Source of the DNA: the human T2T-CHM13v2.0 reference genome, Homo sapiens
Strand: one strand, 5' to 3'
DNA length: 64,000 nt
Assembly: GCF_009914755.1 (NCBI RefSeq)
Contig: NC_060934.1
This document shows, piece by piece, positions 40,880-54,392 of this stretch; position 1 is the stretch's first letter; every line of letters begins with the position of its first letter. Below the pieces are notes generated by a model, which was not told where the DNA came from, made no database searches, and saw nothing but the letters and a program-made list of their open reading frames with translations. The position numbers and the translations under genes are program-made.

Positions 40880-42060
40880 ACTACTGGCGGCAGCTTCTTT
40901 CGTTGACGTGGGCTACAATGGTTGCTAAAACCTGCGTGCCAGAAGCCAGAGGTGGGGAGGCGCCATTTGCTAAACCGGAACTGGTTAAAATCTCAGGGTG
41001 GAGACCATTCCCAGTCAGCAAGGGCTTGGGAAGTGCATACAGTTCCTGCTCCTGGTGTCTACTCTGAAGAGCACAGAGTAGACGTTTGTCTGCCATTTCA
41101 CCGGCAGTAAGATCAGCAGCTGCTGGTGAGCAAAGAGGTAGTAGTGGGTCACTGGACTGGTGGGCGCCGGGGCCGCGCGCTAGATGGAGAGGTCAGCGGC
41201 GAACCCAGCTCCATGGCCTAGTCTCGTCAGACCGAGCGCGGACCCTGCCGGCCTCCGTTCTCTTCCGCTTGTCTCAGGTAAAGCGCAGATCCCTCCGCCG
41301 CAGCGTGCGCTCCCGGTAGCGCTGCGATCAGCTTTTCGGCAATACCCGGATGGAAGTGTAATGGCCGCCATCAGGGACTCGCAGGCAATGGGTACTACGA
41401 CAGGTATTCCCCGTCAGCGGGACTGCCCAGACCTTTTAGGATGTCAGAACTTCTAGAGGGCCACCCAGCAGGCAAATGGCGAGTTTGTGGACCGTCAGGG
41501 TCCCCCAAACAGGTCCAGGGATCCGCCTCTTGTGAGAGGAAGCGCGAGTTAAATAGTCCCGGCCATTCAGCGCTTCCGCTTAACTTGCCGCAAAGTTTTT
41601 CTGGAGAAGTCGGGGTTTTTTTGCCGAGCGCTTTTGCCGACTGCTAGAGCTTACCCTTACTTTCTTAACCTGGGGTTGTTTTACTTCCGGGCTTTTTGAA
41701 CTCTACACTCTCCTACATTCTAGGAGCTGGGTGGGAGTAGGAGACGGTGTGCCTCCGCGCTCCCCGCGGGGCAGCCGAACCCCGGAGGAAGGGGCGGATC
41801 GGGCGCGGTGTTTGGGGCGAAGCTGGGCGCGCGGCGCTCGAAGCACTCACTCGGCGGGTTTCGTGGTTGGTGGAGACAGCAAGGGCGCCCCGCAGACCGC
41901 ACCCCTCGAGCTATAGGTTCGCAGGCCCGACTCGACGGCGTCCCTATTGCTGGCCCAGCGTATGGTCATTGGGGGCCATTTCTTGCAGAGATGCCCTGCT
42001 CCCTGACGCGCTCGCTCTTCTCCAGAGTTGGCCAAAGGTGCTCTTCCCCGCAGACCCTAA
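40880..42060 (+). promoter_or_regulatory. CpG-island promoter (right)
   Basis: CpG-rich. YY1-like GCGCCATTTG ~40960-40969, ETS cores CCGGAAC ~40975 and ACTTCCGG 41683-41690, GC box ~41790, splice donor CAG|GTAAAG after 41277. Confidence 0.9.
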
Positions 42061-42704
42061 CCACACCCAGTGGCAGTTGGATTTCTTTGTAACTGGCTTT
42101 CTCACATGTAGGGTTCATTTTGACTCTATTCGTTACATGGTGTCCTCTTTGTCAAGTAGACAGTCTCTTCCTAGGTGGCTGTGGTAATTGAAAAGTACAT
42201 AGAGCGAAATGTATATAAGGAAAAATGTTTTAACTCTTAAGTGGACCGATCAAACAGATGTAGCTTTAAAGTTCAGAATACAACAGTTAAGACTCAGTTT
42301 TCTTTTTAGGTTTAAATTTGAGAGCAAGTAGTGTATGTGAGCTGTTTTAGTGCAAACATTGTTGAGTATGTTGTCAAACGTCTAAAAAACCCTAGAAAAA
42401 TAAAATAAGTCAATGTTCAAGGAATTCATAAGAATGTTGGAATTTGTACAGTTGTCGCAGTGATAAAACATGAAGACACCAAACTGTCAGGATAGGAATT
42501 CTATTAACTTGAAAGTGTGCATGTTAGATCTAGTTACTGGTAATTGTTGAATTGCTTTTTCTGCAGCAAGGGGTCTGATTTGAGTGTACTCTAAGGTTGA
42601 TATCCTCAGGTTTAATTTAAAACATTTAAATTGATTCAGTGAAATTTCCTAACATTTTTTGAGTTTAACTGCAAATTTATAGAAATGCATTCACTATCTT
42701 TCAG

Positions 42705-42784
42705 CAAAATTGTCTTTTCTGAAATTTATAAAGAGACATTGCGTTCTGTTAACACTTTGAGGGTGTTGGGATTTCCTGGGGAAG
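42705..42784 (+). other. Candidate 80-nt 5'UTR exon
   Basis: Acceptor CTATCTTTCAG| and donor AAG|GTAAGC. Confidence 0.35.
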
Positions 42785-43323
42785 GTAAGCATAGTAAACG
42801 ATGTTGATTTTTGCCATAGAAACTGTAAATTAGATCATCCCTAGATACAGAAAATTGCCAACAAAAGGGGAGAATAAAATGTAGGTATGTTACACAACCA
42901 AATGTTTCCTGTTTGTTGCGTGAAAATAAGTATAATTACCAAATAAAACGTTTTATATCTGGTTTTATGGAAGGACAAAAGACAGTAACCACAATGAACA
43001 CCCACTGTGTGCATTGATAATGTATGAACTTTTAAATGCTTCAATTTTTTGCCATGGTCACACTTCGGATTCTGTTCTAGTCTCTCTGGTAATAGTATGC
43101 TGTAATCCCAGAAGTTTCTATATTTTGAAATATTACAGAGGGACTATACTTTAGCCTAGATCTATAATTTGACTTCAGGATATGCTTTAAATGCCCTTTA
43201 AGTGTATTTTTGTTGTTTACTTTTCTGTTTATAGTTGTTTAGAATTGTTCTCATTGAGGCATTGTGACATTGCATACTTTAGAGCACTTAATACTACTTT
43301 TTTTTTTTTTCTTTAAATGATAG

Positions 43324-43353
43324 GAGACTTGAATCTTGCCCACATTCCTTCAG
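43324..43353 (+). other. Candidate 30-nt 5'UTR micro-exon
   Basis: Long poly-T tract then ATGATAG|, and donor CAG|GTATGC. Confidence 0.5.
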
Positions 43354-43870
43354 GTATGCTACTGAAGGTTTTGTGGCAAAGTGCTATTAGCAGAACAAAA
43401 AGGTTTTAACACCGTCTTGAAATTTTTATTTATTATCTGGTCCCAGGTGTGTAGGCTGTGAGTATTTCAGTTCTATATGGGGTATTGGCTTCTCATGGTG
43501 AGCAGTTTTCATGGCATATTAGATACCAGAAATGAGTATTAAGGGTTAGTATTGTGGTGGTAGGATAACTGAATTGGAACCGGATCCAGATATTATTTCT
43601 AGTTTTGTGACTTTGGGCAAGGCTCATTTTCTTTTTCTTGTAATAAATGAAGATACTGAGTTAGATTGATTCTAAGCTTTAGGTTGTGACTTTTGCAAAT
43701 TTGTGACATGTTATCACTGGTCATCAATGATGTATGCTTAAGTGTATAGAAGTTTTTTCTTAGTTTTTTTTTTTTTTTTTTACATTTCTTTATACACCTA
43801 AGTTGAATGTGAAGTGTAATTGAACAGTTTTTGTCGTCAAAAGTTTTAAAATCTTGGTCTTCATTTCCAG

Positions 43871-43955
43871 ATATCATCTCTTCTTTTGATCACTGTTCCT
43901 GATTGTGACATTGTGCAAGTGTTAAATTGTGTGCCTTTTGTTCCTGAAGAAAGAG
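43871..43955 (+). other. 85-nt 5'UTR exon
   Basis: Acceptor TCTTCATTTCCAG| and donor GAG|GTATGG. No ATG. Confidence 0.65.
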
Positions 43956-44042
43956 GTATGGTAAAGATTGAAATACTGGAGTATATAGTCTATTAAGTAG
44001 TAAGTTGGTATGTTTTAATATTGGACTAAATAAAGTAAAATA

Positions 44043-44265
44043 TAGGTTAAGTATCCCAAATCCAAAAATCCAGAATGCAAAATTTTTTGAGTGCTGACAT
44101 GATGGTCAAAGGAAATGCTCTTTGGAACATTTTGGATTTTGAATTTTTGGATTTGAGATGCTCAACTGGTATAATGCAAATACTCTAAAATCCTAAAAAA
44201 GAAAAAGAAAAAAAGAATGAAACCCTTCTGTTCCCAAGCATTTCAAATAAGAGACACTCAACCTG
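44043..44265 (+). mobile_element. Tigger4a/MER46A-type DNA transposon (MITE)
   Basis: AGGTTAAGTATCCC...ACTCAACCTG TIRs and internal TGCTGACATGATG...AAAGGAAATGCTC. Confidence 0.8.
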
Positions 44266-44867
44266 TAGTTTTACATATACATGAGTTTTCATAAGTTATA
44301 TAAGTTATAGTTTTATTTTATTTTTTGGCTAAAATAAAATACTTAAACATGAGTTTTCATTTTAATCTAAGCAAAAAAAGTAATTTTTGGTTTCATAGTT
44401 TATTACTTAACATTTTATTAGAAATCCAAATATAACTTTAACTATCATCCTTCTGAATAGAAAAGTGGCATTAAAGTCTTCTGGGTAATGAACAGTGGAG
44501 ATAAAGGTGGTAGATAGATGTTTCAAAGCTATATGAATGGCCAGAAGATTGTGGTTTTGGTCTAGTAAGTGCAAAGCAATGTACCTAAAGAAAAATTATC
44601 TGATATGTGTTTATATTATGACTAATAGCATCTTCATTATGAATCAGGAAAGGGACTTGGGAATCACTATAGTGTTATGATTGGTTTCTTGAAGACAGTC
44701 ATGTGAATGTCTGGGTGTAGACAAAAAAGGAGGAAAAATATGCCAACAAATCTATGGTATTATAAGGAAAGCTTTGGAAATGTAGTGGAAAATATTGTAC
44801 CCATGTAAAAAAACATGTTTTTTCTACCCTCAAAACACAGATGTCTCCTACTCTTTGTGTTGGATAG

Positions 44868-44933
44868 GTCCTGGGATCTTTGAAATGCTAAGATTCTTGG
44901 ATACCACAGTATCATAAAATTCCTCTAAATGCA
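44868..44933 (+). other. 66-nt 5'UTR exon (possible alternative acceptor at 44841)
   Basis: Donor GCA|GTAAGT. Acceptors CACAG|ATG (44841) and GGATAG|GTC (44868). Confidence 0.6.
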
Positions 44934-45311
44934 GTAAGTATACACATAAGTATAACCGTAAATTAGGAATAAGATTATTTATGTAACTGCTGAAATAGCT
45001 GACATAGACTATACCACCTTACAGTATTGCTTTAATTATCATAATAACCGTGTTCTTCCCTGAACTTCACCAGCAAATGGATTTCTGTTCAGGGCCATTT
45101 TTTTACAAAGGCATGAATTTTTATTTTGTCAGAAAATAATGTACATTGAGTAGAGAGCAGTAGAGCTGAGTTGAGGTACCACGTTATCGTTTATGTCATT
45201 AAGTAACTTTTTCCTATATAATATTTGTTTGACTTCCTACCACGAGATTCACATGGGTACTGTGTTATTCCTGAAGAGATAAAGTAATTCTGAATGCTAA
45301 GAATTTTCCTA

Positions 45312-45855
<544 letters not shown>

Positions 45856-47642
45856 TACTATTTGACCCAGACTACTCAGAAAAAGTAATGTAATGAAGAA
45901 TGAAAGCTGTAGTTGTAGTGAAGTAAATAGGAGACTGCTGTGTGATGACTGACCAAAACGATTTGTATTAATTTATCTTGAAAACTTGTGAGCAAAGTCT
46001 GACTAAAAATTTAAAGTTGTGACTGGTATGGCTGCATGAAACAAGTGTCAGAATATTACAATGAAGGTACATGATGTGAAGTTTCAGAAAATTAAGTGGG
46101 CTTCACATAGGTCTCATTTCATGAGGAAAGTCAGATAATTTCAAAATGTAGTAAGCTTATCGTCAATTCCTGATTAATATTGGTTTGTTGAAGGTTGTGG
46201 CTGGTAAAAGACGTGTCATATATTGTTTTTGTCAACTCAGTATCTCTTCATTAGAGAACCACCCCTCCCCTATTCTGAGTGGTTGGTGGGCTGTCCGTCA
46301 GTCTTACTGTCTTATAACCTGAGCTTGGTCATCCCTATTGCAACAGTGATTGCTGTTACTCATGCAGAGCCAGTCAGAATCCTTTTTTTGAAATTTATGG
46401 TTGAATGCTAGGACAAAGATACTACCTTTTCTCTGAAATTGTTAATCTGGGAAGGTGCTGGTGGCATTCTTTACCACGTGTATGAAAAGCGCATCTGTGT
46501 AGTGGGAGAAAGTGAAGCCATAAGGAGATGGGAGATGGATGGTGGTAGTGCCAGTTTCAATCTCAGGGAACATGGTAAGTGGTACCTACTTTTCTTTTGA
46601 TTTTGTGAACTATCCTGGTGTCCTTCTCAGTCCTTGTGCCAAAATTTTTTGTGTAAATTGGTTTGAATTGGATTGCAGCAGAAAGTGTTCTGATGAATAT
46701 ATGGCCCTTATGAATTTAAGGTCTAAAGTTTCAGATTGATCATTCACATCCTTCTGTAGTTCCCCACTTTCCTATACCTTATAAAGAGTTCCCTTTATTT
46801 ATTCATCATTTGTGCATGCATTCAATCTACTTTCACTCAACCTACAAACATTTTTTTGAGTGTCCACTATGTACAAGTATGTGCAACTGCCTGGATAGGC
46901 AAGATTATATGTACTAGACTGAGTGGATGGTGGATATATAGCATATTTTTATTTATTTCTGGTGCACAGATTAATAAGCGTGTGTTGAGAATAATGACTG
47001 TGGTGCTTGGCATCTAAGTAATAATGTAAGAACAAGAAGAATTCCTTGTCTTGGAAGTGCTTCTAGTTAGGAATTCATATTAATATACAGCAAACACAAC
47101 AGAAAAAACAGATAAATGAATGCACAGTTGTATTTTAAGTGAATTTTGATGGGAAGGAAGTGAGCAGGTTGGCCCATTTAGGAAGATTTCCTGAAGAATA
47201 TACAACTTTAAATGTATTTCTGCTTATGAATGTGGCTTTGATAGGCACAGAGAATAACTGAAAAAAGGATGGAGTTAAAAATGATTATAGGCTGATCCAG
47301 GTTGGAGTGGAGATTGGTTTCACTGTAACAGTATGTGTTCTTTGGAAATGAGGTAGTGGAAAATAAGGTGACTGTTTTAGGTAAATCTATGTATGAGGCA
47401 TTTGGAAAGCCAAGCAGAAATTTTGGCCCTTTCTACTAAGATGGAGATTTCTTTGAAAAAATGTGTATATTTCTTTTCATATAATTTCATTTTTGTATGC
47501 TAAAATGTGAATTAAATGTGATGAAATACTGTAAAATTACTCATTTTGGCAAAAACCTTTGTTTTATTCATCTGTCTTGAAGATTTTTTAAAAATAGCAA
47601 TTAACTTGGAATGCCGATTTATAAATATGTATATATAACCTT

Positions 47643-47715
47643 TCTCAAAAAGGGAAAGGTAAGAAGAAATGTTATATATATTTATTTATTTCTTCTTACC
47701 TTTCCCTTTTTGAGA
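47643..47715. repeat. Perfect 28-bp inverted repeat with 17-nt AT-rich loop
   Basis: TCTCAAAAAGGGAAAGGTAAGAAGAAAT (47643-47670) is the reverse complement of 47688-47715. Confidence 0.97.
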
Positions 47716-47829
47716 GATCTCTTAGTAATAGTCAAAGCCATACCCTATTCCTTAGTGAGAAAGCCAGTTTGAAACGAATGTAGCAATAGATGTAAAAACA
47801 TTTAAAGGCGTTTTAATGTGGCTTTTTAA

Positions 47830-47952
47830 TGAGCTGGCTTATGCCTGTAGTCCCAGCACATTGAGCAGCTGAGCTGGGAGGATCGCTTGAGCCCAGGAGT
47901 TCAAGACTAGCCAGGGCAACATAGTGAGACCCCATCTCTATTTAAAAAAAAA
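47830..47952 (+). mobile_element. Alu monomer (FLAM_C-like)
   Basis: Single Alu arm with A tail. Confidence 0.85.
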
Positions 47953-48159
47953 TGTTTTTAAAGATAAGGAACAGACTTAAAGTGATGATTGATTGCTCAT
48001 AGAACGTTCATTTTGGGCTCCAGAACTAGGAATGATGTAGAATTTATTGTTGTGTCATTGTCTCATTAAATGCTGTAGTTTCCTATGTCCTTGCCTACCT
48101 TCTTTCCTCAGAGCCTCGCATCTGACCCTCAGAGAGTAGCAGTTGGATTATTCCATTAT

Positions 48160-48360
48160 ACCAAGGTTGGCAAGCTTTTGCTGTAAATGGCCAGATAGTA
48201 AATATTTTAGGCTTTGTGGGCCATATGGTTTCTGGTGCAACTATTGTAACACAAAAGAAGCCATAGGCAATATGTAAATGAGTGAGTGTGGCTGTATTCC
48301 AGTGAAACTTAATTTACAAAAACAGGCAGCAGGCCAGATTTGGCCTGCAGGCCGTCATTT
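48160..48360. mobile_element. MER58A-like hAT MITE
   Basis: GGCCAGATAGTAAATATTTTAGGCTTTGTGGGCCATATGG...GGCCAGATTTGGCCTGCAGGCC. Confidence 0.8.
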
Positions 48361-50560
48361 CATTCCACAAACTCTCTCAGTCACATCTGCGCACCTGCTA
48401 GCATCTTTATTTATCCTCCCCTCTAGTTACTATAGATGGATCATGTTTGCTCCTTTCTAAGTTCACCTCTTCAGCTCGTTCACTAGATTCCGTCCGTTCT
48501 AACCTGAAGGACTTCACTGCTGCATTTCTTTCTATCCTTTATCATCAATTTTTTTATTTTTACTAGATCATTTTAATAAGCGTGCAGTCATACTGTAATT
48601 CCTCCCACCTTTAAAAAACAAAAAATAAATTGAAACAAAACAAAACAACTCCTTTATCTTAAAACTCCTTGAAAGAGTTGTCTGCACTGCATCACTACTT
48701 CCTCTCTTCCCATTTTGCCTTACATCCAAGCTTGTCAGCCTTTCTCCTCTAAAACTCCACTGAAACTGTTCTAATCCATGGTACCAGTGATCTTCACATT
48801 AAGTCTAGTTAGTCATCTTCTTACTTGACAGAGTTGTTCAATCCCTTATCCAGTAAACATTTTCTTCATTTTGCTTTGAGGATACCACATTCTTGATTTA
48901 CCTTAACTCTTATTGGTCATTTCTTTTCTGTCTCACTTGCTGGTTCTTTTTAATCTCTTTCTGTTGGATGTGTTATAGAATCTTGAGGCTCAGGCCTTGG
49001 ACTGCTCTTTTTGTTTATTCCCCCTGGTGATTTCATCCTGCTCCAAGTACTTGAAAGTACATATGTACATATACACACACCGATAACTCCCCAAATTTCA
49101 TCATCCACCTAGCCCTCTGTATTCTATATCCAGCCACACAGTCCACATTTCCTCTTGGATGTCAAATAGACATCTCAGATATTACATGCCTAAAATGGAA
49201 CTTTTGATAAACTTTCCTATTACTTTAACAATCTTTTATATCTCGGTGAATAGCAACTCAGTTCTTTCCAATGCTGTCGGAACTTCTAGAGTTATCCTTG
49301 ACATGTCTCTTTCTTTCAGAGAAAGCATGTCAGGATATCTTGTAGGTGCTAGCTTCAAAATATATTCAATCTGACCATGCCTCATTGTCTCAGCCAAACC
49401 ACCATCAACTCTTACTTGGATAATTGTACTGTGTAGTCTTTGTCTTTACTCTTAATCCCTCCTGAATACTCTGTTCTTAGCATAGCAGCCCAAGTGATAG
49501 AAGTAATTCGACTCATGGTAATTCTCTGCCCACAATGCTCCAGTAGCTTCCTCTCTGATTCAGAATAAAACCAAAGCCTTTACAGTTTCTATCAGGGCCT
49601 GTTTCTGTCCCCTTGTTACTTCTCTGACCTCATCTTCTAGCTTTCCCTCTAATGCTTTCTGTTGTGGTCATACTGATTTTCTTGCTGTTCCCCAAATGTG
49701 TTAGGCACATTGCACACTCAGGGTCATGTCACTAACTTTTGTTTTCTTGGATTGTTGGCTTCCTCAGCTCTTTAAGATACTGACTCCAATAAGACCTTTT
49801 CAAGTCGAGGGCTCCCTGACTTAATATGTAAAATTACAACACTCTGATTCTGCCTTTCTGTCTTTGCTTTATTTTTCTCTGTAGCAATTGTTGCCTTTGA
49901 ATATACTTTATAATTTACTTACTTTGTTTATTACCTAAATAATCAGTAAAATGTTACCTCCGTGAGGGGAGGGATTTTTGTCTGTTTGGTTTACTGCCAT
50001 ATTCCCAATGCTTAGAACGTAGATGTGGTGCTAGCTACAAGTCTGGCAGCATCCCACATGCTGGTGATGTAGTAAAGAACATTACAGATGTAGTTCTCAC
50101 CCTTACGCAACTTATATTCCGGTGGTAGAGACAGATAGAAAATAAATGGGCAAATAAATAAAATATTGCCAGAGATATTAAGTGTTACAAAAAAAGAAAT
50201 AGAAAAGGATAAAGTGGCGAATTTTTTTTTTTTTTTTTTTTTTGAGGAAGGGATGGTTTATAGGGAAGGGCCCTTCTGAGGTGGTGGCATTTGAGCTGAG
50301 ACCTAAAAGATGAGAAGGATGTAGCCTTTTGAAGAATGGAAGAAAGCACATTTCAAGTAGGGAACAGCAGGTGCAAAGGCCTGAGATAGGATGGATAGGA
50401 AGAATATTTGAGGAGCTGAGAATCTGTGGCAGCTTGTTGGAGTATATGTACAATGGGGAGAGTGGTGTGAGATGAAGTTGAAGAAAAAGACCCAAGACCA
50501 GATACCGCTGTTTCTTGCAGGCCTTTGTAAAGAGATTAAATTTTATTTTAAGTGCCTTGT

Positions 50561-50905
50561 TGCTATAGGCTGAATGTTTATGTCCCCCTTCCCCATACTC
50601 AAATTGATACATTGAAACCTATTCTCCAGTGTGATGGCATTTGGAAGTGGGGCCTTTTTAAGAGGTGATTAGGTCATAAGGGCAGAGTCCTTATGAATGG
50701 AATTAGTACCCTTATAAAAGAGACCCCAGAGGGCTCTATTTTGTCATGTGAGGACACAGTGAGAAGATGGCCACCTGTGAACCAGGAAGTAGGCCCTCCC
50801 CAGACACCAAATCGCCAGTGCCTTGATCTTAGACTTCCTAGGCTTCAGAATTGTGAGAAATAAGTCTATGGTACTCTGTTACAGCAGCCAGAACAGAGTA
50901 GGACA
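50561..50905 (+). mobile_element. MaLR solo LTR (MLT1/MST-type)
   Basis: TGCTATAGGCTGAATGTTTATGTCCCC...GGACA with near-TSD CTTGT/CTTGG. Confidence 0.8.
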
Positions 50906-50963
50906 CTTGGGAAACCACCAAGGAGCTTTAAGCAGGGGAGCTTTGTGATATGTTTTATTTTAA

Positions 50964-51441
<478 letters not shown>

Positions 51442-51931
51442 CAAGATCTGGTTTTGAGATGGAATTGACCAGGCTTGCTTATGGATTAATGTGGGGAGTA
51501 AGGGATGGAGGAATCAAGGATGAGTCTTGATTTCTGGGTTGTGGAACTGTATGAATTTTAGTGCCATATAGTAAGATGGGGACATCCAGGGAGTGTAACT
51601 TCTAATCATGGAGGCAGGTGCTGTGTAGACCTAGAGAAAAATTAAACCATTTATATTATTTTCTGAAGCTGAGTAAGAATGGATCACATGATAACATGTT
51701 CTCCCAGCAAATAGCAGTACATCTTTTGATTTTCTTCCCTCCCCTCATGTATTCCAAATCAAAATCTGCCTATTCTAAATCACTGTCGCAGCAAAATGAC
51801 AAACAGAAAAAGAAAAGAGCAAAAGATGAAAATAATTCCTTTTCTATACTGAATTCAATGGCTCTTATGTCACTTTGGACAAATTAGTTCAGATTTTTCT
51901 CCCAATTCCTACCTATTAAAAAGGTGATTTC

Positions 51932-52235
51932 TGCCAGGGTGTGGTGGCTTATGTCTGTAGTCTCAGCACTTTGGGAGGCTGAGGTAGGCAAATTGCTTGA
52001 GACCAGGAGGTCAAGACCAACCTGGGCAACATGGTGAAACCCCATCTCTTAAAAAAAAAAAAAAATTGGAAAAATTAGCTGGGCATGGTGGTGCATACCT
52101 ATAGTCCCAGCTACTTGGGAAATTGAGGTGGGAGAATCAATTGAGCCCAGAAGGGCGAGGCTGTAATGAGCCGTAATTGTGCCATTGCAGCACTTCAGCC
52201 TGGGAGACAGAGTAAGACCCTGTCTCAAAAAAAAA
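51932..52235 (+). mobile_element. AluJ
   Basis: Diverged Alu dimer. Confidence 0.9.
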
Positions 52236-53012
52236 GATGGGGGGTTGTGGGAGTGATTTCTGACTCTGTGTTTTAAACCAAGTTCCAAATTATTGCAGCA
52301 AAAAAGTTTACATGCTCTTTGAAGTTTGCTAGAAAGTGATTTAATCTAAAATCATAGTCATATATTTGATTTGAAAATGAGAGAATGAATAGCTTAAAAA
52401 TATATGGGTTAGGCACTTGTGTACCCAGCCTTCTGGTTTTTGTGAGGGAAAAATGAGAAATAGTAAGTAAAACTTGCATTTAGGAAGCTTATAAATTATC
52501 TGGGGAGGTAAAAAATAATGAAATTATGTAATAGTATAAAGCAATTTGTAATAAATGGTGAGCACTGGCTATTCTTTAAGTGGATACTCAGAGAAAGGAG
52601 AGATTTAGTGTGTATTGTAAAAGGTTACATGTCCCTATAAGAAGCAGAATTTGAAAGGAAGTTTGAATAGTGTTGAATTTAGATAGAAGGAAGGAGATGC
52701 CATGCCTGGTGACCGAAAACTATATGAACAGAACAAAGGTAAATAAAGGTGTATGTGTGGGTAAGCATCTTTTATATTGGGCACAGTGAGAAGTCATAGT
52801 TTCAGGGAGTAATAAAGAATAAGGTTTACCTGAACCAAGAACTGCTTCTGTATTTTAATTTTTAATTTTAAACTCCTTTATAATTGTATACCAATATCAA
52901 TTGCATACCAGAATGGTATGTGACTCACAGATACACTAGAATTTTGAACATTTCTAGATCTGTATTTAATTACTTTTGCATATTTAATTACTTTTGCATA
53001 TTTAACCCTACA

Positions 53013-53435
<423 letters not shown>

Positions 53436-53584
53436 TGATAGGCTTTAGTCTCTCAGGTAAACTTTTTGAAAACTTAAAACAGCTGCAAAAAAAAGTAAGC
53501 CCAAAATGTTTGTTTCAAGTCATGAATAGATAATAGTTATTTTGAGGGCACTAAAATAGATTCTGCTTTGAAAGTAATATTCTT

Positions 53585-53587
<3 letters not shown>

Positions 53588-53639
<52 letters not shown>
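53588..53639. repeat. (GT)26 microsatellite
   Basis: Uninterrupted GT dinucleotide run. Confidence 0.98.
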
Positions 53640-53641
<2 letters not shown>

Positions 53642-54087
53642 CTAGATTCCTTTTAGCAGAACCTTATATTTTTCAGTAAGCTTTTACTGTTACATGCTGC
53701 TTTGGTTTGATCACCACTCATATATTCATTCATATGACTGTTTTGCCTGTATCTGCAGAAGAAGGATTGAATGACTTAAGGAATGCAGTAGTTTTTTATG
53801 TGATGAGACAACTTAGAGAGCTACATGCTGAGTCATGAATATAGCTAAGCTAAAACTAGAGTTTTTAGTTTTTTTTTGGTGTTTAAGCAACTTGAATATA
53901 GTTAAGTAGCAGATAGATTCTTCCTTTTTAGACTCTGTAGAATGCCTTTGACTTTTAATTATTTTAGAAAGCAAATATAACTGTCTAGGAATGTTGCCTT
54001 TTGATGAACTCTTCAAATCTTCCTTATCTTTGGCATTTTACTTTGGGAATTATCTTTTAAAAATCTTTCCGGACCCAATGTGTGATT

Positions 54088-54392
<305 letters not shown>

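Noticed and set aside
41441-41647. Peptide similarity ALPLNLPQSFSGEV (right) versus ALPVNLPLSFSRKV (ORF 1276-1479, left) as a conserved microprotein
   Set aside because: Four of the five nucleotide differences are non-synonymous and the rest of the ORFs do not match. The conservation is at DNA level.
48030-48125. Possible intronic C/D snoRNA (ATGATG...CTGA)
   Set aside because: Box C is imperfect (ATGATGT), and I see no terminal stem or recognisable guide sequence.
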